DNA of 41,482 nt from Bigelowiella natans CCMP2755 (Eukaryota > Protista > Cercozoa): assembly GCA_000320545.1 (NCBI GenBank), contig ADNK01003028.1, positions 1 to 41,482 on the forward strand, written 5' to 3'. The position numbers and the translations under genes are program-made. Of the stretch, positions 25,352-39,539 are shown one piece after another. The notes under the pieces were generated by a model. The model saw only the letters and a list, made by a program, of their open reading frames with translations. It was not told the origin of the DNA and did not search any database. How positions within the stretch are numbered: the first letter of the stretch is position 1; every line of letters starts with the position of its first letter.

Positions 25352-26318
25352 CGTGCTAGCAATGGGGTGAGACTGGGCGAATGAATTCTGTAGGAACTGT
25401 TTGATTCCCGTGCCTTTATCGTTGACTTACTATTTGATATTCACTCCTAATTTGTTTATTCTTGAGTAAAAATCCATGTCGCACGCCATAGATCTTCTAG
25501 GTATGAAGGCAAATGGCGTTGCAAGGGCCACGCACTCAAAGGGAAAACTGATCATCAAAGTAGCTTTTTGTCTTTTATGTCCTGGCACGAAGATTGATTT
25601 CTCACTGTCAATCTGCTGAAAGCTCTCGTATTCAAATCGACGACAATGGAGATTATTGCGATTGCCATAGTGATGTGCGACGGTCTATCTTTCAGTGCGC
25701 TCTGTTCCACCTCTCCTACTCTGGCTTCTCTCACTGTTCCATTGAGCGTGCTCTCCTGATCTTATCCGAGAATTAACAAACATGTTCCAGTTAAGTAAGA
25801 TCTTTTACTCCTCATCGTGTCGTCATTCAATAACAGCCTGCAATCTTCACTTTTAAGAAAATGATGCTAATCCTGAAGGAACATTGCTCATGTCGTAACC
25901 TTCCAATGGGTCGGTATTTCCTGGTACATCCGCGTTGCAGATGGGTGCTCTTGCTGCCGTAGATCTACTTCCATCAATACAACACGACGTGCTCTAGAGG
26001 TGGCACAAAAGCAAGGCCAAAATTAGAAGAATAAGCTCTTCCACACGTTAAAACATACAAAATTGGCACTATTCTGTTGGTATTATTGGTTTTCTACCAT
26101 TGCGACATGCACATTTGCAAAATTAATCGGGTAGAAATAAGGCGATTTCAGAACTTCCAAGATTTCTTGGATTTCCTAGGATTTCCCGAAAGCAGCAGCA
26201 CCCACACAAGGAGAATGAGGATGTTGTTAACATGGGAGATGAACCTTAACCCTACAACTAATCGCTACACAATAGAATCGTACGTAGTATACCGCCTCGA
26301 AGCCAAGGAATCTCTTCT

Positions 26319-27991
26319 ATGAAGAAAAGAAGAGGCGGAAGCAGACAGTTTGGCGCCTCTAAAGGTGGTTTATACAGCACTAGATGTCCAATCTTTAAAT
26401 TATTCTTTCAACTCCGGAAATTATTAGAGTCGCTTCCGATTCAAAAGTGCCAACGCGAAATTGTGCGTACGATAAGAGAGTTTCCCGTCGTCGTTATTGC
26501 TGGAGCAACAGGAAGTGGGAAATCAACGCAGGTTGTTACAAGTCACAATTCGTAAGTATAGTTCTACATGCGACTCACGTGCGCATAGCCAACTCTGTGT
26601 AACAAAGTGTGTGGCGTGTCAAACTGACAATAATTAGGTACCTCAATTTATTCTTCAAAGTGAAGAGGTTTTCAATATTGTATTCTCACCTTACATTCCC
26701 TATTCTCCAATTATACAATTTACACGTATTCGCATTTTTGCGAAAATGTGATAAACATGCGACTGCGCCATGGATCAGGATGCCAAAATTGTCGTGACAC
26801 AGCCAAGAAGAATATCAGTCCTCTCCTTGGCACATCGTGTGGCAAGTGAACGGTTTGTCGATTGTCTCCATGTTGTAAAATGCCGTCGACGTTGCGCTTT
26901 GTTGGAATGCATAGATAAAAGAAAAGAGAAGTGTCCCGGCATGCGAACACATTGAAAAGACAGCATTTATAGTTCATGCATTTCATCTTCCTATTTCTTC
27001 TCCTTGATACTAACATACAACTGTTTATATTTATGTGCATATCGTGCATCACCTATTTGGCGGTGTTGACTAGTGGTGAGAGGGTCGGAGAAAATGCAAT
27101 AGGTTATCAGATCCGATTAGAACGCCGAATAAGCCCTAGGACGAGGCTTTCCTATGTTACCACCGGCGTGCTACTCAGGTAGTTGCAACCTAGATGGGAT
27201 CGATCACCACCAGATATGTAGAACTGTCACCAATGTTACTTGTTGGAGTATTGCTACATTCTAGAACAATTGCTACGTAATATACCACAACAAATAATGC
27301 ACGCATTGTAAAATGAAGAGGCTGCACAGGGCTGCTTACCTGTTGATGATTATGTTGTTGTCTCAGTGTGAGATATATATAGTATATAATAAACATAAAC
27401 GAACTCATACACGCAGGCAGTTAATGGGCACTGTTCGTGGAGCTTCCCAACATCTTTTTTGCACCTACTCACATATAATTGTGGATGAGGTGTTGCTGTG
27501 GCATTCTTCTTCCCCAATCATCACGATTATTACTCCTAATAAAACTCTGTTTGTGCCGGCGTGATATTGTTGCCGATTAGTCCTACATGTTACTGCAGCT
27601 GCAAAAAAGCTGAATTAAAATCAGAACTACATCATGATGTTAGCGCTGTATTTGACCTAATGCATTACTACATCATCTTGATGTTAATGTTGTATTTCGT
27701 CTGATGCGTTACTGCTTCTTCAGGTTCATGAGAGAGATAGCTCGATCGACATCCTTCTTATCGTGGTTATTTTAGTAGAAGAAGAAGTGTTAACAGTGAA
27801 GAGAAGTTCTATGCGAGCAAGTATTTTTCTATCCTTTATGATTCTTATCGGAACTCATTACAATATGTATCCTAATATGTAACAATCTGATAAATGAAGA
27901 GAAGTGACCTATTTTTATAATTTGCGCACTTCCTACAACAATCAAGGTTAAAAGGCTATTAAAAGTTAACAGGCATTTAAGGGTCGTTGCT

Positions 27992-28033
<42 letters not shown>

Positions 28034-28927
28034 CTTCAAACATCCACAATATACTAAAACGTCCATCAATGGATGAGAAGAAGACTACGACTTGCGTGTA
28101 TTTCTACAAATCAACATATTTCTATTATGCACATTACAAAACACTTTTATAAATGTATTAATAAATAACTTCAATATACTAGCATTTGCAACCATATTCT
28201 AGCATATTTCATAGTATGACCATGGCATGTCATTCCTCCTCTTCCTCCTCTTCCTCTTTAATTTTCATCGAAATATCTCCTCAGGTGATATTGATGTCGG
28301 CAACGCTTGATGCATCATTATTCTCTAAGGTCATGAATGCAAGAGATTGAGGGGACGTGAGGAGGAGGGAGAAATCGAATATCCTGTCAACGTTTATTTC
28401 TAGTCTCTTTCTGCCGAGTAATTGTATTATCTTTGTTCATTAAGATCAACATTAGAGAACTATCATCAAATCACCAGATGAAGCTCCTATTAGATCAACA
28501 ATACTCTCCTTAATTTGATGCTACAAAGGCTTCTTCGTTGAAAGCTTATTCCTTCCTTCCGATTTTTAATATGATTGGCTCAAGCTGTTATTTAACAATG
28601 ATTGTGTGCTACTACCGCAGTATTTTGAAGATGCTCCTGTTCTTCGGGTTGATTTATTGAATACATATATTTAAATGATATGAGGCATCTGTTAATGTGT
28701 GCTTGAGCGTGCGGATTTTCCCCATATATTATGATCTAAAAGACGCATAGAACAAATAGCTGTATCATGTAGTGTGCGTGTTGTTAGGGTCTTTGTTTAT
28801 TGTACCTTCTTTTTACGTCGTCGTTCTCAGCAGTTGTCTGTTTCTGTTATTATTTGTTTGTGATGTTGACATCATAGGTCCCGCAGAGAGCTTATCGAGT
28901 AACGGTACTAGTAGGCATTAAAGCGGC

Positions 28928-28962
<35 letters not shown>

Positions 28963-31319
28963 GTTCAAGTAGAAAGTTGACCAGCAGTTGTTGGTATATT
29001 GTGCTTTCTGTTTATATGACATGTGCGTGTGCGTGTGTGATTGTTTTTAGACACGTTCGCTCCCTCCTTGTAGGTGTTTTACTACAACAAAGGCAATGGT
29101 AGCAGGAACATGTTTGAGCGTAGTACTGCCTGTAACGATGAAGAAGACAAGAAAGAAGATGCTGCTATTATTGCTACGGATAATTTAGATTATAGATGTA
29201 AAATGGAGTCACAAGAAAGTATGAACAAGGTATTATTCGAATCGTAGAAATGTAGCATATTTGGTTCTTTTTTTGAGAATATGCTACCTTCAAGATCTAT
29301 TCATAGAATGCATGTATAGTTGTGTGTGAGTGTGCGTGTGTGTGTGTGTGTGTGTGTTCCCTATAATTTATACTCGAAATGCATCCACCAGCGCAGCAGC
29401 AGAGTGCTGTGATAATCACACTGCTACTACTACTACTACTACTACTACTACTCCTCCAAACATAATCATTAACATTACCAGCAGCAGGAACAACGACAAC
29501 AACAATCACTACTAGAGTATCCCAACCGTCGCAGAAGCAAGTCATCGTGCGGGATTATATCTTTCAAAGTCCGAAAGAAAAAAAAGAACAAGGAGACAAT
29601 CACGACAACACCTCTTCCCTCCTCCTCTTCCTCCTCCTGGTCCATTCCTTTTGTGCTAAATAAAGACAAAGAAGAGAGGATGGTGGAAAGTGGGAGCATC
29701 TTCTCTACAGAGACTACTATTACTACTACTACTGCTACTACTAATGTGAAAAAGACTGGAGAAGACGATGATGATCGATGGGGGGGATGTTGGGGAGAAG
29801 AGATAATTAACCATAATATATCACGTGATGCGGACGGTGCGGAGAACGATAATGCTATCTCAGGATGGTGGGGAAAACATGACGAAGGAGGTAAAAACGA
29901 TAATCATCATCCTCATCATCCTGGGTTGATGTCGTCGTCATCGTCTTCGCCTTTAATCCCAACAGAAGCAAGCGAAGTAAAGAGGAAGAAGAGGGAAACG
30001 AAGAAGAAGGAGGAGGATGAGGAAGAAGAGGACCCTTGGAGTATCTTTGGCAGTAGTTGTTTCGAGTGGGGTGGGCAAGATAGGAGCAACGAAGAGCATT
30101 GCAGCAAGAATCAATCTATGAATAAATTGGAAGTTGGTGATAGTAGTGAATTTATTTCCCCTGCAGTAGATCCTGATCTGGTTGCTCAGGTATCATCATA
30201 ATCACAACAATTAAATAGAAGCACCAATACCACCATCATAAATGTGATGATGATTATGATGATGATGATAGCAATGGTGATGAGTAGCATGCATATGTAT
30301 TTGTGTGTCACAGACGATCTGGCATATTCATTCCACTACCCGTAGTGATGATGGGGGGGGTGGAGCTATTCTCGTGTTCGTGGGAGGATGGAACGACATT
30401 GTAGCAGTCAAGGCAAAGCTTAGATATGACTACATGCTCTCTTCTTCCTCCTCCTCCACCTCCAACTTGTGGAGGAACAATCGTTGCACTACTACCACTA
30501 CTACAAGGTGATAAGATAGAAGACGATAACGGCACTCAATCGTCTTGCAATTACATGTGGTAGTGGCAATATGCAACAAAACAGTGGAATGACTTAAAAG
30601 TACTTGTAGTAGTAATAATAATGATGATGATGATATAGTAATATCCCTCTAGTCTCTGTATCGAGTATTGATGGCACTAATACTTCGATATCTTCTTCTT
30701 CTGAATCTTCTTCTTCTTCTGAATCTTCTTCTTCTGAATCTTCTTCTTTGTATTGATAATATGTCTACGAATTCTCCTCACCTATACATGGCCGATGATA
30801 TATTTCTGGCTTCTTGCTAAAAGTAGTCATCATCATCATCGCAACGATGATAGTGAAGAGAAAAATGCACTGTACGTCGTTGGACTTCATGGAGCATTGA
30901 GTGTTTCGGAACAACAAGCTGCATTTCTCCCTCCTCCCTCGGTGTTATGATTATTATAATTATTATTATTATTCTCAACTGATAGTTTTGATATAGACAG
31001 GAAGATGTCGATTAAAAACAAACAAAAAGGAGAACAAAACAGAGACAGTATATGGTGTTGATAAGAGCAATAAATACACGATGATGGATTGTTACATATA
31101 TTTCTCCTCCTTTTTGAGGGTCTTTCTACGATGATGATCCATAGCACTTCCATATCATGACAATATTCTAATGATAATCATGAGGGTTTCACACTTATCA
31201 TCACCATCATTTTTATGTTGTAATAGGGGTATGGTTACTCGCGGAAGGTTGTGATCGCCACTGCCATTGCAGAGACATCTCTCACAATGCCGGATATTCA
31301 GTATGTGATTGACACAGGT

Positions 31320-31363
<44 letters not shown>

Positions 31364-32646
31364 TTGTTCCTATCTTCCTTCCGCAGCATATAACCTATTA
31401 TGTATCTTTTGTTCCCAATAAGACCTTGGCATGAAATGATATATGCATCATGATGTCTTTTGAAGGTATTCGCAAGCAAAAGCGATACTATCATGCAAAT
31501 GGTGGACACTCCTCCTCAAGTTTAGACCCTGGTTTGTATACATACAATATGATGTAGTATATAACGATGCATTATCTTCGTCATCATCAGGCTCACCACT
31601 ACCACCACCACACCTCCACTTCAGATACTCGAAATTACTCTTCTTAGCCATAGTAATCATCTATTGCAAATACTCCTTCTCTCCACAGTAGTACGCCTAA
31701 ATCAATCAATAGATGATCCGTTTGCTGCTAAGAGGACCCAGGAAGTAAACACACACTTCATCCATCTCCTCTCCCACCGCCATTCTTATTTTAGTGTGGA
31801 TTTCCCGTGCTGGAGCAGAGCAGAGAAAGGGGAGGGCGGGACGAGTTGGGCCTGGCTATTGCTACCGGTGAAAGAAAGAGGGAGGGAAGGAAGGAAGGAA
31901 GGAAGGAAGGGATGATGATGATGATGATAATGATGATGATGATGGTGATGATGATGGTGCAACATAAATATCATAAATATACTTTAACGATTAGAAACCC
32001 TCCTACATTTTTCTTTATGCTGTTCATCCTCTCGTCATATCGTTTCTACTGAAGATGATGGCATCAATTCTTCTACTTCTTCCATCTAAGGCTTTACTCC
32101 AAAAAGTTTTTCGAGGAACAAATGCAAATGTTTTGCAAGGTTGGAAAGAATAAAGCATGAATTATATTTGACCACCCTTCCATCACCAAACGCAATTATG
32201 AAGAAAAGAGGGAGGAAGAAGGAGATGATGAAAAAGCAGGGCCTAGAGTAATAGTAGCGAAATAGCGTTGAGAACGGAAGAGGACGATAGGTTTGGATGA
32301 TAGTATGTGATTCTAGTAAGAGTAGTCAGAATTTTAGCGTCATCATCATCATCATCATCATCATCTTCATCATCATCATCATCATCATTAATTTGATATT
32401 AGCCCGAGATTCTCCGTACCCCTTTAGCGGAAGTGGGACTTCAAATTAAGGCGCTATTTCCCCATGATCGTATTGAGGTATGTTGTAGTATGCATTTGCT
32501 GTTGCTCATCATTACTACCTCCTTGCATCAGGAGATAGTTGTCAACAAGTACTAGGCATGCATTATGATTTTGGAGTTGGAGCATCATTTAAATGATTAT
32601 ACAACAGTCCGCCAATGGTGAAGATGATGATGATGATGATGGTGGT

Positions 32647-32679
<33 letters not shown>

Positions 32680-33592
32680 GTAGTGGTGTGCCACATGAAA
32701 TATGAACAACAGGACATTTTGAGTCAACTGTTACAACCACCTCCTGCTGCAGAGATTAAGGTCATAATGCTGCTACTGCTGCTTCTTCGTAGGCAGCAAC
32801 AACTGCAATCATGCATGATACTAGATAATATGATGATCTCCGTCCCTGTATTCTTATAAATTATGTTTATTGTGTAGATATCTTACATAAAATTCATTTC
32901 AGTAACATGGCAGTTAGCTCCATTATCATTATCAATCATCGTCATCACCGCCATAAACAATATTATTATTATTGTCCGTTTGAAGGCAGCCATTTCATTC
33001 CTGAGATCTTCAAAAATCATAGATGTAGAGGTAGGTAGGTAGGTAGGTAGTGTGCTGCAAGTAAGTGCGCCGTATTTATAGCACCAAAGAATAGATGAGG
33101 AGAAGGAAGAGGAGGAGGAGGAGGAGGAGGAGGAGGAGGAGGAGAGAAGATATAAAGGGGACTGCAGCAAAATGATGCTATGATGGAAATGCAAAGTAAT
33201 CATGGTAGCAGAGGAGGTTGATGATATATTCATATTAATATCCCCTGCTGGTGGCTGCTCAGGAGAATCTGACTGTTTTGGGATCATCACTGGCTCAGTT
33301 ACCGGTGAACAAGCACTTTCTTTTTAAATTATTTTTGCTGTATCAAGGCAAACAGCAGTATTTTGATAGTAGTTGCCATCATTATCATCATTAGTGTTTG
33401 TCTGACCTGATGTTCCTTCGTAGGTCTCAATACGTGCGGGGCAATTGCTATTGTAATAACCTACTCCTCCCCTTTTGATCTTAAATCTCATGATATCTGC
33501 TTTTCGTTACTACTATGTACAATCCACTAATCATCCCCTAGCTGCTGCTTTACACTGCACACACGCACGCACACACACACACACACACACAC

Positions 33593-33629
<37 letters not shown>

Positions 33630-34065
33630 GATTGAATCATAATGAAAGAACGACTTGGAGTAAGTAATCATCACCTTGCAATAATTGTTAGACATAGTTA
33701 CCTTTTCCCTCTCCCCCCCTTGGCTGCAGATATGGAGCAGCATTCCAATGTCTCTCGCCGATGCTGACCCTTGCTGCCTCTACGGTAAGTACTACATTTG
33801 ATAATGGATGATGTTACATGCCGCTGTTGAAGAAGCTCATATGGACAGCACCCACCATGATGATGATGATGATGATGATGATGATGTTGATGTTGATGTT
33901 AATGATGCTCTGACTTCATGGAAATATTTGAGCTGAGAGGAGGTTTCATTCCCCACCTTCTTCAGTGTACCCGAGATGTATGGACTATGCTGTCTGATAA
34001 GGAAGAGAAGCGGAAAGTATCATACTTGAAATAAGAGCGGCTAAATTAAACACTAATTACACAGA

Positions 34066-34100
<35 letters not shown>

Positions 34101-34115
34101 GTCATTAGGCACACA

Positions 34116-34173
<58 letters not shown>

Positions 34174-34507
34174 TTAATATAGCTGGATTCTGACTTATGA
34201 TCGCTTTTATCATCATCACTACTATCACGACGAAGGAGTATTTTCATACGATGATATATGTAACTAAAGGCATGGGAAGCGCGAAGAGCTATATTTCCTT
34301 CTGTAATTTATACATAAGCACACAATAATACACCGCTTTCTTCGCTCTCTTGACACATAGCAATTTTAGTACTGCTGCAACTAGAAAGTAGGTAGTGTTA
34401 GTAGTAATAGCGGCTCAGCTCCTTGCTAGGTACAATGTGTAGCTACGGGGTTAATCGTCTTCAAAACACTATATTATTCGAAGACATGTTATCAGTGGAG
34501 TAGTATA

Positions 34508-34557
<50 letters not shown>

Positions 34558-35976
34558 TGCATGTACTGCCCCGATATGATAACATACACCAGGGTCGTAG
34601 CGATCACTTGACGCTCATTAAGGCCTTTCACACATGGAGAGGTACAAGTAGTTGGCGGTGCTACTAGTGCTAGTACTAGTGGCAGTAGTAATAACTAGAT
34701 TATTGCATAATCAATCAATTAACCAAGCATATTCTAGACAACAGCAGCAGCACAATAAATGACAAAACATGACAAAATATGTGATAGACATTCTATCTGG
34801 AATACCTACTGGATCATTACTGCAGCAACGAGGATTCGAAGAAGAAGAAGAAGAAGAAGTAGAAGGAGGCCTACTACGACGCACCTGGTAGCAGAAGTAG
34901 TAATTGTTGTTGTAGTAGTATCTGTTGTTATAAATCCTGTATATTATTATTCTATGGTCATTTATCTACTGCACATTCATTATGCAAATCATATTATTAT
35001 GCTGTGTTATAATGACCAGCAAAGAACGAGCGAAAGCATACATCAATGATGGTATATATGCGTCGGAGAGGGCCTTCAAATCCATCAAAGCAATCCGGTA
35101 TTGATAATATTTTGAACTACTATTACTACTACTACAACTACTACTACTACTACTATTTATAACTACAGTATATATTGTTGTTGTTGCATGCACGGCCGAA
35201 CAATAATAAAGTAGCTACAGAAAGGCAGCAGTGTAGCTGAGACGACTTTTTCCTACAAATGGGAACACGCATTTTATCACTTATGATGAAAAATACTTAT
35301 GTTTCACATCATAATACACAAAGACGCCAGCTTCTACGCTGTTTGGTAAGGCTCGGTGTGGTGTCATCACGACGTAGCCCCAACAAATCTGGTAGTAGCA
35401 GCAGCAGTAGTAGTAGTAGTAGTAGTAGTATTAGTGGTAGTCGTAGTAGCAGTGGCAAGTACAAGCATCATCAGAGTACATACATATACACATACACACG
35501 TACACACACATACACAGAGTAAGTACGTAAATACATGTTCAATCATAGATACATATGATATATACCAATACGTCGTTTTACCTCCTCCTCCTCCTCCTCC
35601 TCTTTTAGGTGGCTGCGGCAATAGCAGTAGCACCGGAAAAGGAGGGGGTGGTACTAGTAGTAGTAGTAGTTCCTTTGGTTTCTATCGCTATGAGCAGCAG
35701 GATGATGATGGTCCAAGCTATGCGAACACCAACTCGGGGAAACTCTTCATGATACGCGGGGTTGGATATCAATATTTCTTGGCAATTATCTGCTACTATA
35801 TCATCACTATCGAATACAATATTTGTGTCTTCTATTTACCAGGTGTTGACCGCAGCTTTGTACCCCAGCCTTGCTTACAATGTGGTGGAAGAAAGTAAAA
35901 TCAACTAGCATGTAAAAATGTCTCTTATTCCCCTCCCCCCACTTCCCCTCTCTATCTATCTTTATGTTTACATGTG

Positions 35977-36015
<39 letters not shown>

Positions 36016-37351
36016 AGAAGGGTACATATCAAAGGATAATTATTTTAGTATCTAAGATATTTGTGCATCCAATGCTCTTTGTGATGACGAAAGGCACACT
36101 GGCAAAACGGATGATATTGAGAGTACACGATTTCAACAAAGAACGCGGGCAGAGGAGAACACCCATAGATTTGTAAGTGTATGAGCAGCAGGGCGTATAC
36201 CACCATCTTGTTTATCGGCATTAAAGTCTTTCACTAGCCAGTCGTAATGATACTAGTAATTGTCATTCTTATTAATGATCATCCATAGAGATGATAGTAT
36301 AGCCTTTAGTGTTGTTGCTGTTGCTATTGTTGTTGTTGTTGTTGTTTAATTGAGAATATAATAGCCTTTAGTGTTGTTGCTGTTGCTATTGTTGTTGTTG
36401 TTGTTGTTTAATTGAGAATATAAGTCTCCGTTGCTTCCCCACCCCCTTCCCTCTCCCCCCTCCCTCTCACATATACACAGGACAAATAATACTAGAAAGA
36501 GGTCAGACATTGCCTCCTCAAGTAAGCTGCACAACACAAATCGTAATACGTAAATCATCATTCATACAAACTCAGGATACTGTTGATCGTGCTGCTTGTA
36601 TTGCTGTTGGTGCTATGTACTCCCCCTTGTCGCCTATTGCTGCTGCTACTACGTTAGGTATGATCGATTCGTCGCTAATGTGCCTGAGAGGGGAGATTCA
36701 TGTTTCTTCTGTTCTGGTCTCTTTACATGAGCATGACGATCGTCACATCACATCAAACAAGCTCATGGAATGATATTACGTCTCAACTATCGATCGATCT
36801 ATTTATCTCCCGCCACCTCCTTGAATCTCATTTGTTGATGGTGATGATTAATGATGATGTGTTTAAGGCTAATTCAGACACACTAATGAACAAAAATAAT
36901 AATAATAATGATGATGATGATGACGATCATACATTTATTATCATTAGTATAAGGAGAAAGTTACTCCTTCTCCGTGGATTGTTTACGATGAAGCATCTAA
37001 TACCGGGGTGGGAGGAGGTAAAGTATCTTCTTTTACTTCTTCTTCTTCTTTCCTCCTCTTCAATTTCTTCTTCTCTCTTCTTCCCGATAAAAATAGACCC
37101 TGCTGGAAGGTATTACTGTCTAAATGTTAAGATGAAGCATCGCAACACCACACTCTTTCCTATTTAATCTACGCACAAAAAGATAGTAGTAGTAGTAGTA
37201 GTAGTGTATATGTGTGTGTGTGTTCTTAGGGTGGGGAGGGAGCGTTTCAGACGTGAAGCTGCGTGGTGCCTCGGTAGTGTCACCTCTCTGTGTTGCTCTT
37301 TTTGCTGGGTAATCAACTAGAAAAGCTATTTTAAGCATTCTCTTTCCGAAA

Positions 37352-37395
<44 letters not shown>

Positions 37396-37585
37396 AGTAT
37401 CTCTGTTGTTACCTACTATCGGTGTTAGGTGGGCTGATCAAAGGGATATAGAGCCTCTGGAAGAAAAAGGAATCAAAAAACAACAAAGGCAACGACGACC
37501 TAATAGCAGCAACGACGACCTAGATGGTGATGATTTTAACGATACTGATCGGTTGTGGGTAATAAACACACACACTCACACACAA

Positions 37586-37623
<38 letters not shown>

Positions 37624-37675
37624 ACATGCACATACACACATGCACATGCACAGACAGTAGGGCCCTTTACATGCG

Positions 37676-37708
<33 letters not shown>

Positions 37709-38975
37709 TCTCATCATTCTCATATGTGAAGATATGGGGGCCTTATCATCATCATCATCATCATCATCAACTTCATATGTGAAGATGTGGGGAGAGAACT
37801 TTCAATATTATTATTTATAATAATGATAACAATGATGATGATGATGACGATAACAAAACAGTCACATGGTGTTCATATACTACGTGTATAATTTATTTTC
37901 GTGAGTAGTTTTTAAAGATCGGCGACTCTCTACACGTTACCTTGGTATTGATAGGAGCTCGATCTAGAAGTACAAATTTTGGATCATGATGATGATGATG
38001 GTGCTGGTGGTGGTGATGGTGGCGATGGCTATTTATGCAGAGACGTAAGCTTTTGAACAAGATTACTACAATAAAGCACATTTTGGAAGCAATCTTGGCC
38101 TCCATCCATCACCCGTGAGTTGCCACTACTTACTACTACTACTTACTATACTTCCTAATAAAAACTATCTTTGGGTCCTCCTCCTCCCTACAATCATTAC
38201 ATATGGAGGAGAATTTGTGTTCCTATGATGATACGTTCTGTACTTGTGATGTTATTTTTTCTCAGAGCTTATCCTACTATCACCGCTCCTGCTCGTTATT
38301 CTTCAGCCTCTTCTTTTTCTTCTTCTTCATCTTCTTATACCTTATCGAAGACAATACCACCCACATCGCCACTACCAAAAGATACGTCGTTCAAGGCTCC
38401 TAAAAAGGAAGAAGTCCCCTCTTCACATGACTCCTTTTCCTATGATGAGTGCGTGCGTCACGTGGTAATACTGTGTACATATAACAAAGAGAAGTTTGGG
38501 TGAGGGGGATCACATGCTACTAAGATAGCAGATCCAGAATGTAGGTTATGAGCCAAGGATGTGATATTACGAATACACATGAATAATGTCTCTGTCAAAT
38601 CCTCTGATTCCTCGTGCCACTGATCTGCATAAATCCACCTACACGCACATGTAAATACCTCCTTAAATCGATCAAATGGGTACCCTTCTTGAACGTTACC
38701 AGGCTGCCCTGTTAGAAGAAGATAAATTTGGGAAGATACTACAACAACAACTGGTTCACAATGATGGAAGCAGCGGAAGCTCTCAAAACTGTTGCTACAA
38801 GGGGAATGGACACCGCAATCGACTGAGAAAACGTGCGGAGAGAGGGAGAGAGGGGGGGAGGGGGGGAGGGAGGGCGGGGGTTGGAAAATCAAATGTAAAT
38901 CAGGCTTTTTGTATGACGGGACAACACACTTACGATTTATCAAATAGAAATATATGTGAAATAAAATTTATTTAA
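26319..38975 (+). CDS. DEAH/RHA-family (DEVH-box) RNA helicase of the DHX36/DHX57/DHX29/YTHDC2-like group, many small exons; both termini uncertain
   Basis: LPI...[16 protein letters not shown] (motif I), TQPRRIS (Ia), GYQIRLE, TTGVLLR (Ib), HIIVDE/VHERD (II, split by intron 27490-27723), LMSATL (III), [10 protein letters not shown] (IV), [15 protein letters not shown] (V), QRKGRAGR (VI, about 31817-31840), [10 protein letters not shown]2 [24 protein letters not shown]-fold [11 protein letters not shown]. Confidence 0.9.
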
Positions 38976-39539
38976 ATCAACATGCTTTCAACTAATAAAT
39001 TAGCTACCATAGCGTTGATAATGATCTTCATTTTCGTCTACATTCTTTATATTGCATAGGTATTCCATTCGTTTATTCGGGAAGAGGAGGAGGAGGAGGA
39101 GGTGAGAGTATATATGCCTTTACTGATAACTGTCGTTATACAGTTGAATTTGACAGCACAAACATGCGTATTTGTAAGGACGATATGCCGGGAAGAAGCG
39201 AGAAAGCGGGCGACGACTTCATCATTCTAAATGATTATAACTGTAATCATAGGAGCTAGCATGCAGCACAAAGATGCCTAGAAAGCATGACTCGTGTCCC
39301 TTCATAGGCTTACTGACCGAATAGAAAGTTGCCTGTGATAAGTGCATCCTTGCGCATAAATGTACGAATCAATGTTACGAAGTCGTACCATGCACTCGAT
39401 ATCATGTGTAATAACTACAGAAAGCTATGCGCATAAAGACTGAAACGGGTACAAGTGCAAGCACAGCAGCGATGTTAGCGCTTACGAATCAGCTAGCACG
39501 TTGGCTAGTTGGCGAAGGCTATACATATTAGATGGCTTA

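Larger units (their letters stand above)
10020..38200. repeat. Dense intronic microsatellites: (GTA/TAC)n, (ATG/CAT)n, (AAG)n, (GGA)n, (AG)n, (AC)n, (AT)n
   Basis: Dozens of arrays, e.g. (AG)n about 13330-13378, (AT)n/(GT)n about 13463-13529, (AT)n about 21524-21572, (GAT)n about 33858-33885. The same kinds of array occur in introns at 2570-5720 and 40750-41482. Confidence 0.95.
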
